A stretch of DNA of 20,734 nt from an uncultured Pseudomonadota bacterium (GTDB lineage: Bacteria > Pseudomonadota > Alphaproteobacteria > Rs-D84 > CACZYB01), in NCBI GenBank assembly GCA_902785275.1, contig CACZYB010000011.1:1-20734 (forward strand), in the 5' to 3' direction. A program made the position numbers and the translations under genes. The notes beneath the pieces are model-generated. The model did not search any database. It worked only from the letters and a program-made list of their open reading frames with translations, and was not told where the DNA came from. Below, piece after piece: positions 11,112 to 17,921 of the stretch (its first letter is position 1; every line of letters begins with the position of its first letter).

Positions 11112-12401
11112 ATGAAATCAAAATATTTAACAGTTGTTTTAACAATCATCGCATCTTTGTTGGTTGAGGATTCTCTTTACGCTAAAAGGACAACCAAAAC
11201 AACAAAGGGTTCTTCAAAACGTTCTGGTTCAAGTAAGAAAAAGAATACTACAGGTTCTTCAAAACGTTCTGGATCAAGCAAGAAAAAGAACACTACAGGT
11301 TCTTCAAAACGTTCTGCAAGTTCACAATCTGGCTTGAAAACAAAGTCTTCAAAACGTGCTGCATCAACTAATGCAAGACGTGCTTCTGCAACAACTGCAA
11401 ATGCAAGACGTGCAAGTGCAATCGCTGCAACAGCAAAGAAAGCTGCTGCTGCAAAAACAACAACTTCAACAGAAGAAAAGAAATCTGTTGAAAATCCATG
11501 TCCAATTGGAAAATTGTTAAAGAGAGGCTTTGATGAAAACGGAAACGAAGCTTATTTCAAAACAAAAACTGCAACATGTAATCCTCCTGAAAATACATCT
11601 GAAATTTCATGGAATATGAACGATGCTGAAAAACTAAAACAATATACTGTTAAAAAATCATGGATTTCTGAAGACGAAGCAGTTGCATTTGAATGCGAAA
11701 GTGGTACATTGCTTTACAAAAATGCTTGTGAATCATTCGAAAACTTCTGTCCTTTAAATGAAATTATTGAAAGAAGTGCTGAGAAAAAATACATCAATCC
11801 ATACACAGGTGAAAGCTGTGTTATAGGTAATGGTGTATCTGCAAAGAAAGTAACTGCAAGTGAAAACGATTCTGATATCGAAACAGGTAAAGCTTATCGT
11901 CTATCTTGCCCAGATAACTTCTACACAAATACTGAAAATTATGTTCAATGTGTTGCTTGTCCAAGTAACAAACCATACAGTACAAAAGGTTCAAATATTG
12001 GCGAAAAATCTTGTTTTGCTGGTACACCTACTGAATGTGAAGCTGGATCATGGATTGGTAATGGTGAAACAGAATGTAAGCCATACGCATCATATGAATT
12101 TACTGATATGACAATCCAAGATAACGGAACATTGGGTTATGGTTTATATGAAGTTGTTCCATCTGATGCCTCAAAGTGTAAAGACGGAACAAAAACTTCT
12201 CCATTTACAGTAAATGCAGATGCTCAAGCTAAATTTGCAAAGATTTCAAGCAACTCTGGAAGCTACTTTGCAATCAATGGTGAATTCGTTAAAACTTGTG
12301 AAGGTAGTAACGTAACATTCACTCTTAAAAAAGCAAATGGTTCTGAAGGTTTAAAAGACTCTGGAAAACAAGCTGAGAGTAAAACTAACACTTCAAAATA
12401 A
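11112..12401 (+). CDS. Secreted protein with basic K/R/S/A-rich repeat region and Cys-rich domains
   Basis: Signal-peptide-like N-terminus, ~100-aa basic low-complexity region, then 14 Cys; own promoter, RBS and terminator. Confidence 0.85.
   Translation: MKSKYLTVVLTIIASLLVEDSLYAKRTTKTTKGSSKRSGSSKKKNTTGSSKRSGSSKKKNTTGSSKRSASSQSGLKTKSSKRAASTNARRASATTANARRASAIAATAKKAAAAKTTTSTEEKKSVENPCPIGKLLKRGFDENGNEAYFKTKTATCNPPENTSEISWNMNDAEKLKQYTVKKSWISEDEAVAFECESGTLLYKNACESFENFCPLNEIIERSAEKKYINPYTGESCVIGNGVSAKKVTASENDSDIETGKAYRLSCPDNFYTNTENYVQCVACPSNKPYSTKGSNIGEKSCFAGTPTECEAGSWIGNGETECKPYASYEFTDMTIQDNGTLGYGLYEVVPSDASKCKDGTKTSPFTVNADAQAKFAKISSNSGSYFAINGEFVKTCEGSNVTFTLKKANGSEGLKDSGKQAESKTNTSK
11208..11316 (+). 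repeat. 45-bp in-frame tandem repeat (GSSKRSGSSKKKNTT x ~2.4)
   Basis: GGTTCTTCAAAACGTTCTG recurs at 11208, 11253 and 11298; units 1 and 2 differ only at synonymous positions. Confidence 0.95.
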
Positions 12402-12419
12402 TAAAAATTAAACCATTAA

Positions 12420-12456
12420 AAAGGTCTTAGGTAAAGCTAAGACCTTTATTTTTTTT
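12420..12456 (+). terminator. Intrinsic terminator
   Basis: AAAGGTCTTAG-GTAAAG-CTAAGACCTTT perfect 11-bp stem followed by A and a T-run. Confidence 0.9.
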
Positions 12457-12531
12457 CAAATTTTTAAAAATTCCCCTACCCTTAAAAATTTTTCTATGCT
12501 AAAATACATCATAAATAAAAAGGAGAATAAA

Positions 12532-13305
12532 ATGATTATCGCAACATTCAATGTAAATTCCGTACGTGCCCACCTTCCAAACATTCTTGATTGGATAAAG
12601 GAGTTTTCTCCTGATGTTATTTTAATGCAAGAAATAAAATGCGAAACAAACGTTTTCCCATATATGGAATTCGAAGATATCGGTTATAATGTAAAGGTTT
12701 TCGGCCAAAAATCATATAACGGTGTTGCTATTCTTTCACGCTATTCTATCGAAGATGTAACAGTTGGACTTCCAACCTTTACCGAAGATTCGCAATCTAG
12801 ATATATCGAAGCCATTATCGATGGTCACATCCGTGTCGCAAGTGTTTATGCCCCAAATGGCAATCCTGTTCCATCGGATAAATTCGAATATAAAAAAGAA
12901 TGGATGAAACGTTTCAATCAACACGTTCAAACATTACTAAAAAATGATGAAGGGTTAATCATAGGTGGCGATTTCAATGTTGCACTAACTGACCGCGAAA
13001 TCTATAATCCAAAGGCATTTATTGATGATGCAATAACCCAACCGGAATCAAGACAAGGTATGAAAGAGCTTTTCAATTTAGGTCTTTCAGATTGTTACCG
13101 AATTTTTAACCCTGATAACAATAAAGCATACACATATTTTGGTTATCGAGGAGGTTGTTTCCAAAAAGGTTATGGTATACTTCTTGATTACTTCTTGGTA
13201 AACAACAAAGCAAAAGATATTATCATAAACGCAGGGATAGATTTAAATCCACGTAGCAAAGAAAAACCATCCGACCACACCCCACTTTGGATAGAAATCA
13301 AATAG
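12532..13305 (+). CDS. xth: Exodeoxyribonuclease III / AP endonuclease
   Basis: IATFNVNS, PDVILMQEIK, GQKSYNGVAILS, VYAPNG, GDFNV, PSDHTP. Start moved to ATG 12532 (AAGGAG RBS) rather than 12496; TGCTAAAAT extended -10-like element at 12497-12505. Confidence 0.96.
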   Translation: MIIATFNVNSVRAHLPNILDWIKEFSPDVILMQEIKCETNVFPYMEFEDIGYNVKVFGQKSYNGVAILSRYSIEDVTVGLPTFTEDSQSRYIEAIIDGHIRVASVYAPNGNPVPSDKFEYKKEWMKRFNQHVQTLLKNDEGLIIGGDFNVALTDREIYNPKAFIDDAITQPESRQGMKELFNLGLSDCYRIFNPDNNKAYTYFGYRGGCFQKGYGILLDYFLVNNKAKDIIINAGIDLNPRSKEKPSDHTPLWIEIK

Positions 13306-13321
13306 TTTTTAAAATTTTCTA

Positions 13322-13350
13322 TTGCAAAAGTTTGCGAATCGTGATATTAT
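13322..13350 (+). promoter_or_regulatory. sigma70-type promoter facing into the 3' end of rppH
   Basis: TTGCAA, 17 bp, extended -10 TG-A-TATTAT; no protein-coding gene downstream on this strand. Confidence 0.65.
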
Positions 13351-13356
13351 AGTTAC

Positions 13357-13417
13357 ATACATTGATAGAAAAACAAACAACACTTTGGAAGGTTAAAATC
13401 TTTAAAGTGATTTTTTA
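13357..13417 (+). ncRNA. Putative ~60-nt small RNA (copy L)
   Basis: Lies between the promoter at 13322-13350 and hairpin 13381-13409 + T-run; a homologous copy is on the other side of rppH. Ends are inferred. Confidence 0.5.
13381..13417. terminator. Bidirectional terminator hairpin (ends putative sRNA L on + and rppH on -)
   Basis: CACTTTGGAAG-GTTAAAAT-CTTTAAAGTG followed by ATTTTTT on +; on - it is followed by TTGTTTGTTTTT. Confidence 0.7.
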
Positions 13418-13969
13418 TTTCTTAATACACTTTTTCGTAATATTTTTCGATTTCATAATATCTTCTAGGATAGGACGGATTTTCTTAATAACATTTCTAT
13501 AAACTTCACGTTTAAATGGAACAACCTTGTTTACTAAACTAAGTGAAAAATTACTCCACTCATAATCAACAAGTTCTTCATTTGGAATAGTAAATTCAGT
13601 TTCATCACCAAAATATTCAATCAAAAACCACTTTTGTATTTGGCCGTGAACATTTTTATAGTAATCATGATTTTTTTTCGAAAATTTCATTTCTGCAGGA
13701 AACTTATACGCACGCCAAACATTATCCTTATAGACAATCTTTGCGTTTTTTATACCTGTTTCTTCAAAAAGTTCTCGCATAACAGCGACATCAGTCGTTT
13801 CCCCAGTATCAACCCCACCCTGAGGAAATTGCCATCCATAGGTAATTTTTTTCTGATTTCTTTTTGTAAAAAGTACTTTTCCTTCGGAATTAAAAACAAT
13901 TATTCCAACATTTTTTCTGTAGGTACAACCATCAACTTCTATATATTCAGAATTATCTTTTTCGACCAT
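13415..13969 (-). CDS. rppH: RNA pyrophosphohydrolase (Nudix)
   Basis: YRKNVGI, WQFPQGG-x5-E-x6-MRELFEETG Nudix box, GQIQKWFL and VVPFKREVY RppH signatures. Start set to ATG 13969 with AAGGGG 7 nt upstream. Confidence 0.93.
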   Translation of the reverse strand: MVEKDNSEYIEVDGCTYRKNVGIIVFNSEGKVLFTKRNQKKITYGWQFPQGGVDTGETTDVAVMRELFEETGIKNAKIVYKDNVWRAYKFPAEMKFSKKNHDYYKNVHGQIQKWFLIEYFGDETEFTIPNEELVDYEWSNFSLSLVNKVVPFKREVYRNVIKKIRPILEDIMKSKNITKKCIKK

Positions 13970-13989
13970 TTTCAAACCCCTTTTAAAAT

Positions 13990-14056
13990 AAAAAATCCCT
14001 TTAATAGTAATCAGCTATCCAAAGAGGCAATATATTTTTCTTATTTTCAATGTCAT
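13990..14056 (-). ncRNA. Putative ~65-nt small RNA / terminating leader of rppH (copy R)
   Basis: Between promoter 14063-14091 and hairpin 13997-14026 (CTCTTTGGATAG-loop-CTATTAAAGGG on -) plus U-run 13990-13995, just ahead of the rppH RBS. Ends are inferred. Confidence 0.5.
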
Positions 14057-14062
14057 AACACT

Positions 14063-14091
14063 ATGATATCACGATTCGCAAATTTATGCAA
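14063..14091 (-). promoter_or_regulatory. sigma70-type promoter upstream of rppH
   Basis: On - strand: TTGCAT (14091-14086), 17 bp, extended -10 TG-A-TATCAT (hexamer 14068-14063). Confidence 0.65.
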
Positions 14092-14173
14092 GCACAAAAA
14101 TAAAATATCCTTGTTTTTTAGTAAAATATAGAGTAAAAATAACCAAATGAATAAATAATAGGAGTTATAAAAA

Positions 14174-14872
14174 ATGGAAGCATCAACTTTTTCGCTTTTT
14201 GGACTTTTTACCCAATCCGATTTAATGACAAGATTCGTTTCAATAATGCTTGTCCTTGGTTCAATCTATGCATGGGCTATTATCATTGAAAAGGTATTTA
14301 CCCTAAAGAAAATAAAGGCTCAAAGTTTTGCATTTGAAAAAAAGTTCTGGAGTGGTGGTTCATTAGAAGAACTTTTCACCGCACTAAAATCAAAAGCTGT
14401 TGACCCAATGGCTATTGTTTTTATCGCTGCGATGAAGGAATGGAAAAAATCATCTTCTCTTTTAAGAAGTAAAAACAATGCATCAAAAACCGCAAATCTT
14501 CATCAAAGAATTGAACGTGTGATGAGTATCACAATGGAACGTGAAATGGCAAAACTTGAACAAAGAATTGATTTCTTATCTATGATTGGAAGTATTGCTC
14601 CTCTTGTTGGACTTTTCGGTACAATTTGGGGTATTATGAGCAGCTTTTCAGCCATCGGTTCATCAAGCAGTACAACATTGGGCGTAATTGCACCTGGTAT
14701 TGCAACCGCACTTTCCACAACTGCACTTGGCTTGATTGTTGCAATTCCTGCTGTTATTGGATATAACAAAATAACAACAGATTTATCAAACTATGCAATG
14801 AAACTTGAATCATTTACTGGAGAATTCACTGCAATCATATCTCGTCAAATTGATGAAAATATTAACAGTTAA
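14174..14872 (+). CDS. tolQ: Tol-Pal/ExbB family proton channel TolQ
   Basis: FEKKFWSGGSLEEL, APLVGLFGTIWGIM, IAPGIA-x-ALSTTALGLIVAIPAV; first gene of a QRA cluster. Confidence 0.93.
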   Translation: MEASTFSLFGLFTQSDLMTRFVSIMLVLGSIYAWAIIIEKVFTLKKIKAQSFAFEKKFWSGGSLEELFTALKSKAVDPMAIVFIAAMKEWKKSSSLLRSKNNASKTANLHQRIERVMSITMEREMAKLEQRIDFLSMIGSIAPLVGLFGTIWGIMSSFSAIGSSSSTTLGVIAPGIATALSTTALGLIVAIPAVIGYNKITTDLSNYAMKLESFTGEFTAIISRQIDENINS

Positions 14873-14880
14873 GGTGTACT

Positions 14881-15297
14881 ATGATTGTAAAGAAATACAC
14901 AAAAATTGGTCACATAAAACCAGAAATTAATTTGACATCTATGATTGATGTTATGTGTATCTTAATGTCTGTTTTTATGGTTACTGCCCCTATGCTTACA
15001 ACAGGTATGAGTGTTGACCTTCCAAAGGGTGGCAAGTCCGCAATTGAAGGTGCAGAAAAGGCTGTCGACATAACAATTGATAAACTTGGCAACATTTACA
15101 TTGGTAAAGAAAAGGTTGCTCAAACAAAGCTTAAAACAAAGCTTGCATATATGCTTAAACAAAATCCAAAACTTTCAATTGTTATAAGTGGTGATTCAAA
15201 AACTCAGTATGGAAAAATTATTGAAGTTATGAGCAGTTTAAAAGAAGCTGGCTTTAAAAAAGTCGGACTTAAAACCGAACCAATAACAAAAAAATAA
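14881..15297 (+). CDS. tolR: TolR/ExbD family protein
   Basis: EINLTSMIDVM (conserved TM Asp), FMVTAPML, VDLP, GD...YGKIIEVM...AGFKKVGL. Confidence 0.92.
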   Translation: MIVKKYTKIGHIKPEINLTSMIDVMCILMSVFMVTAPMLTTGMSVDLPKGGKSAIEGAEKAVDITIDKLGNIYIGKEKVAQTKLKTKLAYMLKQNPKLSIVISGDSKTQYGKIIEVMSSLKEAGFKKVGLKTEPITKK

Positions 15298-15299
15298 AA

Positions 15300-16241
15300 A
15301 TGAAAAGAATAAGAATAAATTTTTACGAAGTATTAGGATTTTCCTTAATTCCACCTTTTTTAAGGGATGGCTTCGTTATATCAATTATTCTTCATCTTTT
15401 CTTTATTATGCTTATTATGGTAAGTCCATACATAAGGATTCATTCATTTATCCCAAGGGTAAAATACGACGAGCCAATAATCGTTGATTTGGAAAATTTA
15501 ATTATTGGAAAGGAAACAATTCTTCCACCATCCGCACCTGCCCCACAAAAGCAGGTCGAAAAAAAGGAAAAGGAGAAAGAATACGTTAAACCTACTGTAA
15601 AAAGTGAGGAACTTCCTCCACCACCTCCTACACCAAAGGAAACAAAAGAAGAAAAATCAAAGGATTCTTCTGGTGACTTTATTGAAGAAAAAGCAAAGAA
15701 AGAAGAAAAAGTTGAAAAACCAAGGGATATAAAGAAAGAGCGTATGGGCGGACTTGACAATCTTCTTGCATCCGTTGATGGTTTGAAACCTGATGAAAAA
15801 AAAGTAATTGAAAAAGAAAATCAAAAGCCAAAAGATGAAAAAGTTATTCCTTTGAAAAAAGGTATTGAAGCCGTTGATTTTGGAACTGATAACTATCAAA
15901 AAAATTCCGCATCTGACTTCTTAAAAAAGCAAATGGCTGTTTCTTATATTGACGCGATAAGAATAAAGCTTCGTTCATGTTGGAATTTGGATCCAGGTGC
16001 AAAGGATATAAAAAATATGAAAATTGTAATCCGCACATCCATTTCCCCAGACGGAAATATAAATGCTATTGAAATTTTAAACAAGGAAGAATATTTATCT
16101 TCACCATGGTTTAAGGCTGTTGCCGAAAGTGCAAAACGTGCACTTATAATCTGCAGTCCTTATAGCCTACCAATTGAATTTTATAAGGATTGGAAAGATA
16201 TTGTCTTTACATTCTACCCAGATAAAAAATCAGTACAATAA
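15300..16241 (+). CDS. tolA: TolA-like energy transducer
   Basis: TM anchor with S-x3-H (SIILH), Pro/Lys/Glu-rich linker, TonB/TolA-type C-domain (SCWN...PDG...AESAKRA...CSPY...W...FTF); follows tolQR. Confidence 0.8.
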   Translation: MKRIRINFYEVLGFSLIPPFLRDGFVISIILHLFFIMLIMVSPYIRIHSFIPRVKYDEPIIVDLENLIIGKETILPPSAPAPQKQVEKKEKEKEYVKPTVKSEELPPPPPTPKETKEEKSKDSSGDFIEEKAKKEEKVEKPRDIKKERMGGLDNLLASVDGLKPDEKKVIEKENQKPKDEKVIPLKKGIEAVDFGTDNYQKNSASDFLKKQMAVSYIDAIRIKLRSCWNLDPGAKDIKNMKIVIRTSISPDGNINAIEILNKEEYLSSPWFKAVAESAKRALIICSPYSLPIEFYKDWKDIVFTFYPDKKSVQ

Positions 16242-16253
16242 AGGAGGAATGCT

Positions 16254-17561
16254 GTGAAAAAAATCGTTTTAAAAAGACATCCTGAAAAAAAAGATTTTCT
16301 TGAAATCTTAGGTATTATTTTTCATAAGATTTTCAAGGAAAGAACTTTGATTTCAAATAAAAATGGTAGGTTCGTTTACTATCATTTTTCCCCTATTCTT
16401 CAATTTACAATTTTTACAACATTTGCTGCGCTTACCTATTGGACATTATTTACAACAAAAATTTATCTTTTAAACGTTGATACACTTAAGATAAAAGAAT
16501 CTCAAATTGTTGATGCAAGAAATAAGTTTAATCGTGTAATAGCCGATGTAAACGCATACAAAGATACAATTGCAGAAATAAACAAAAAATTGGAAACATC
16601 AAATACAAACATCTTAAACCTTTTGGAAAAAGATGAAAAAATTACCAAATTAGAAAAGGATACTTTGGTAAAAAACAGACTTCTTTTATCAACAGAACTT
16701 AATTATGTAAATAACAAGCTTACCGATTTTGCAAAAGGTGTTACATGGGCAAATGTTGATACAAAGGAACCTTTCTATAAAATAACCAAAAATGAATTAG
16801 AAAGAAACGTTGTCCTAAATGAAAATGTATACCTTAAAAAACAAAATAATCGTCTTGAAAAAACTTTGTCTGATATGAAACAACTTCAAGATAACATTAT
16901 TGATAAAGTTCAAGTTTTAGCAGACAATGGTATAAATGACATCGAAAATACTTTATCAAAGGTTGATATAATTCTTTCACAGGTACACCTTAAAAACAGG
17001 AATAATTTAATTAAAAAAGTTCAAAATGAAAAAGGTGAAGGTCTTGGTGGTAAATATATACCTCTAAAAGATATTGATCTAATGGATGAAGATTTGGATG
17101 CAAAATTCAAAAACCTAAATGTAAAGGTAAATCTTTGGGAAGGTTTATCAAAGGCCAAAACAATGCTTCCACTTGGTGCTCCTGTAAAAAAAGTTCGTAT
17201 AACCTCACCATACGGCATACGTCCAGATCCATTCTTTAAAACCCCTGCAATGCATACAGGTATTGATTTTGGTGGAAAAGAAGGAACTCCACTTTACTCA
17301 ACCGCTGCAGGTAAAGTTATACAGGCCGGCCCACGTGGTGATTATGGCCTAACCGTAGAAGTTGACCACGGACTTGGTTTCACAACTCTTTACGGACACC
17401 TAAGCAAAATTTCTGTTGAAAAAGGTGATATCATAGAAGAAGGTACAAAGGTTGGACTTGCCGGTTCAACAGGCCGAAGCACCGGTCCACACTTACACTA
17501 TGAGCTTCGCCATAACGCACACGCTTTAAACCCATACGCATTTATCAAAGTTGAAAATTAA
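16254..17561 (+). CDS. Membrane-anchored coiled-coil M23 family peptidoglycan endopeptidase (LmdC/Csd1-like)
   Basis: GTG start with AGGAGG RBS; one TM, long coiled coil, C-terminal M23 motifs HTGID and STGPHLHYE. Confidence 0.92.
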   Translation: MKKIVLKRHPEKKDFLEILGIIFHKIFKERTLISNKNGRFVYYHFSPILQFTIFTTFAALTYWTLFTTKIYLLNVDTLKIKESQIVDARNKFNRVIADVNAYKDTIAEINKKLETSNTNILNLLEKDEKITKLEKDTLVKNRLLLSTELNYVNNKLTDFAKGVTWANVDTKEPFYKITKNELERNVVLNENVYLKKQNNRLEKTLSDMKQLQDNIIDKVQVLADNGINDIENTLSKVDIILSQVHLKNRNNLIKKVQNEKGEGLGGKYIPLKDIDLMDEDLDAKFKNLNVKVNLWEGLSKAKTMLPLGAPVKKVRITSPYGIRPDPFFKTPAMHTGIDFGGKEGTPLYSTAAGKVIQAGPRGDYGLTVEVDHGLGFTTLYGHLSKISVEKGDIIEEGTKVGLAGSTGRSTGPHLHYELRHNAHALNPYAFIKVEN

Positions 17562-17574
17562 TAGGAGAAAAAAC

Positions 17575-17910
17575 ATGTTTGGTCTTACAAAAAAAATTAC
17601 CCCATCAAGTTTAATAAGCAGTTCTATGACTGTAAAGGGTACAATCGAATCAAATTCTGAAATTTACATTGACGGTGTTGTTGAAGGTAACATCTCATGT
17701 AAAACATTAATCGTTGGAATAAACGGAAATGTAAAAAGTCAACTTATTCAAGTGGAGAAAATCGTTGTTCACGGTGTAATAGAAGGTAATATAAACGCAA
17801 TTTCTGTATACCTTGGTCCAACTGCAAGAATTAATGGAAACATTTCTCATAAAGATATTTCCATTGAAAATGGTGCATTTGTAAGTGGAGAAGTAAAACA
17901 AACACGATAG
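17575..17910 (+). CDS. Bactofilin (polymer-forming cytoskeletal protein)
   Basis: SLIS...VKGTI...IYIDGVVEGNI...VHGVIEGNI...ARINGNI...IENGAFVSG beta-helix pattern. Start moved to ATG 17575 (AGGAG RBS), giving N-terminus MFGLTKK. Confidence 0.93.
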   Translation: MFGLTKKITPSSLISSSMTVKGTIESNSEIYIDGVVEGNISCKTLIVGINGNVKSQLIQVEKIVVHGVIEGNINAISVYLGPTARINGNISHKDISIENGAFVSGEVKQTR

Positions 17911-17921
17911 GAGTTTTTTCA

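Larger units (their letters stand above)
13322..13420 (+). repeat. Left arm of ~100-bp imperfect inverted repeat flanking rppH
   Basis: 13322-13353 matches the reverse complement of 14060-14091 at 29/32 positions (perfect core TTTGCGAATCGTGATAT, 13331-13347); the blocks ACATTGA, AGAAAAA, CTTTGGA and TTAAAG-N-GATTTTTTATTT are shared in the same order. Confidence 0.9.
13986..14091 (-). repeat. Right arm of ~100-bp imperfect inverted repeat flanking rppH
   Basis: Reverse complement reads TTGCATAAATTTGCGAATCGTGATATCATAGT...ACATTGA...AGAAAAA...CTCTTTGGATAG...CTATTAAAGGGATTTTTTATTT, colinear with the left arm. Confidence 0.9.

Noticed and set aside
11208-11316. Possible CRISPR array
   Set aside because: The intervening segments are near-identical, the period is an in-frame 45 bp inside a CDS, and no cas genes are present.
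13309-13362. Small ORF MYVTIISRFANFCNRKF (-) and its counterpart MISRFANLCKHKNKISLFFSKI (14063-14131, +) in the repeat arms; mismatches fall at third codon positions
   Set aside because: No RBS for either, different starts, and only one of four changes is synonymous; better explained as the antisense of conserved promoters. Ribosome profiling would settle it.
13357-13365. ACAUUG resemblance to the RyhB seed region
   Set aside because: Six nucleotides only, with no further similarity; not enough to assign a family.
13634-14131. 165-aa + strand ORF overlapping rppH
   Set aside because: Antisense shadow of rppH with no recognisable motif or RBS.
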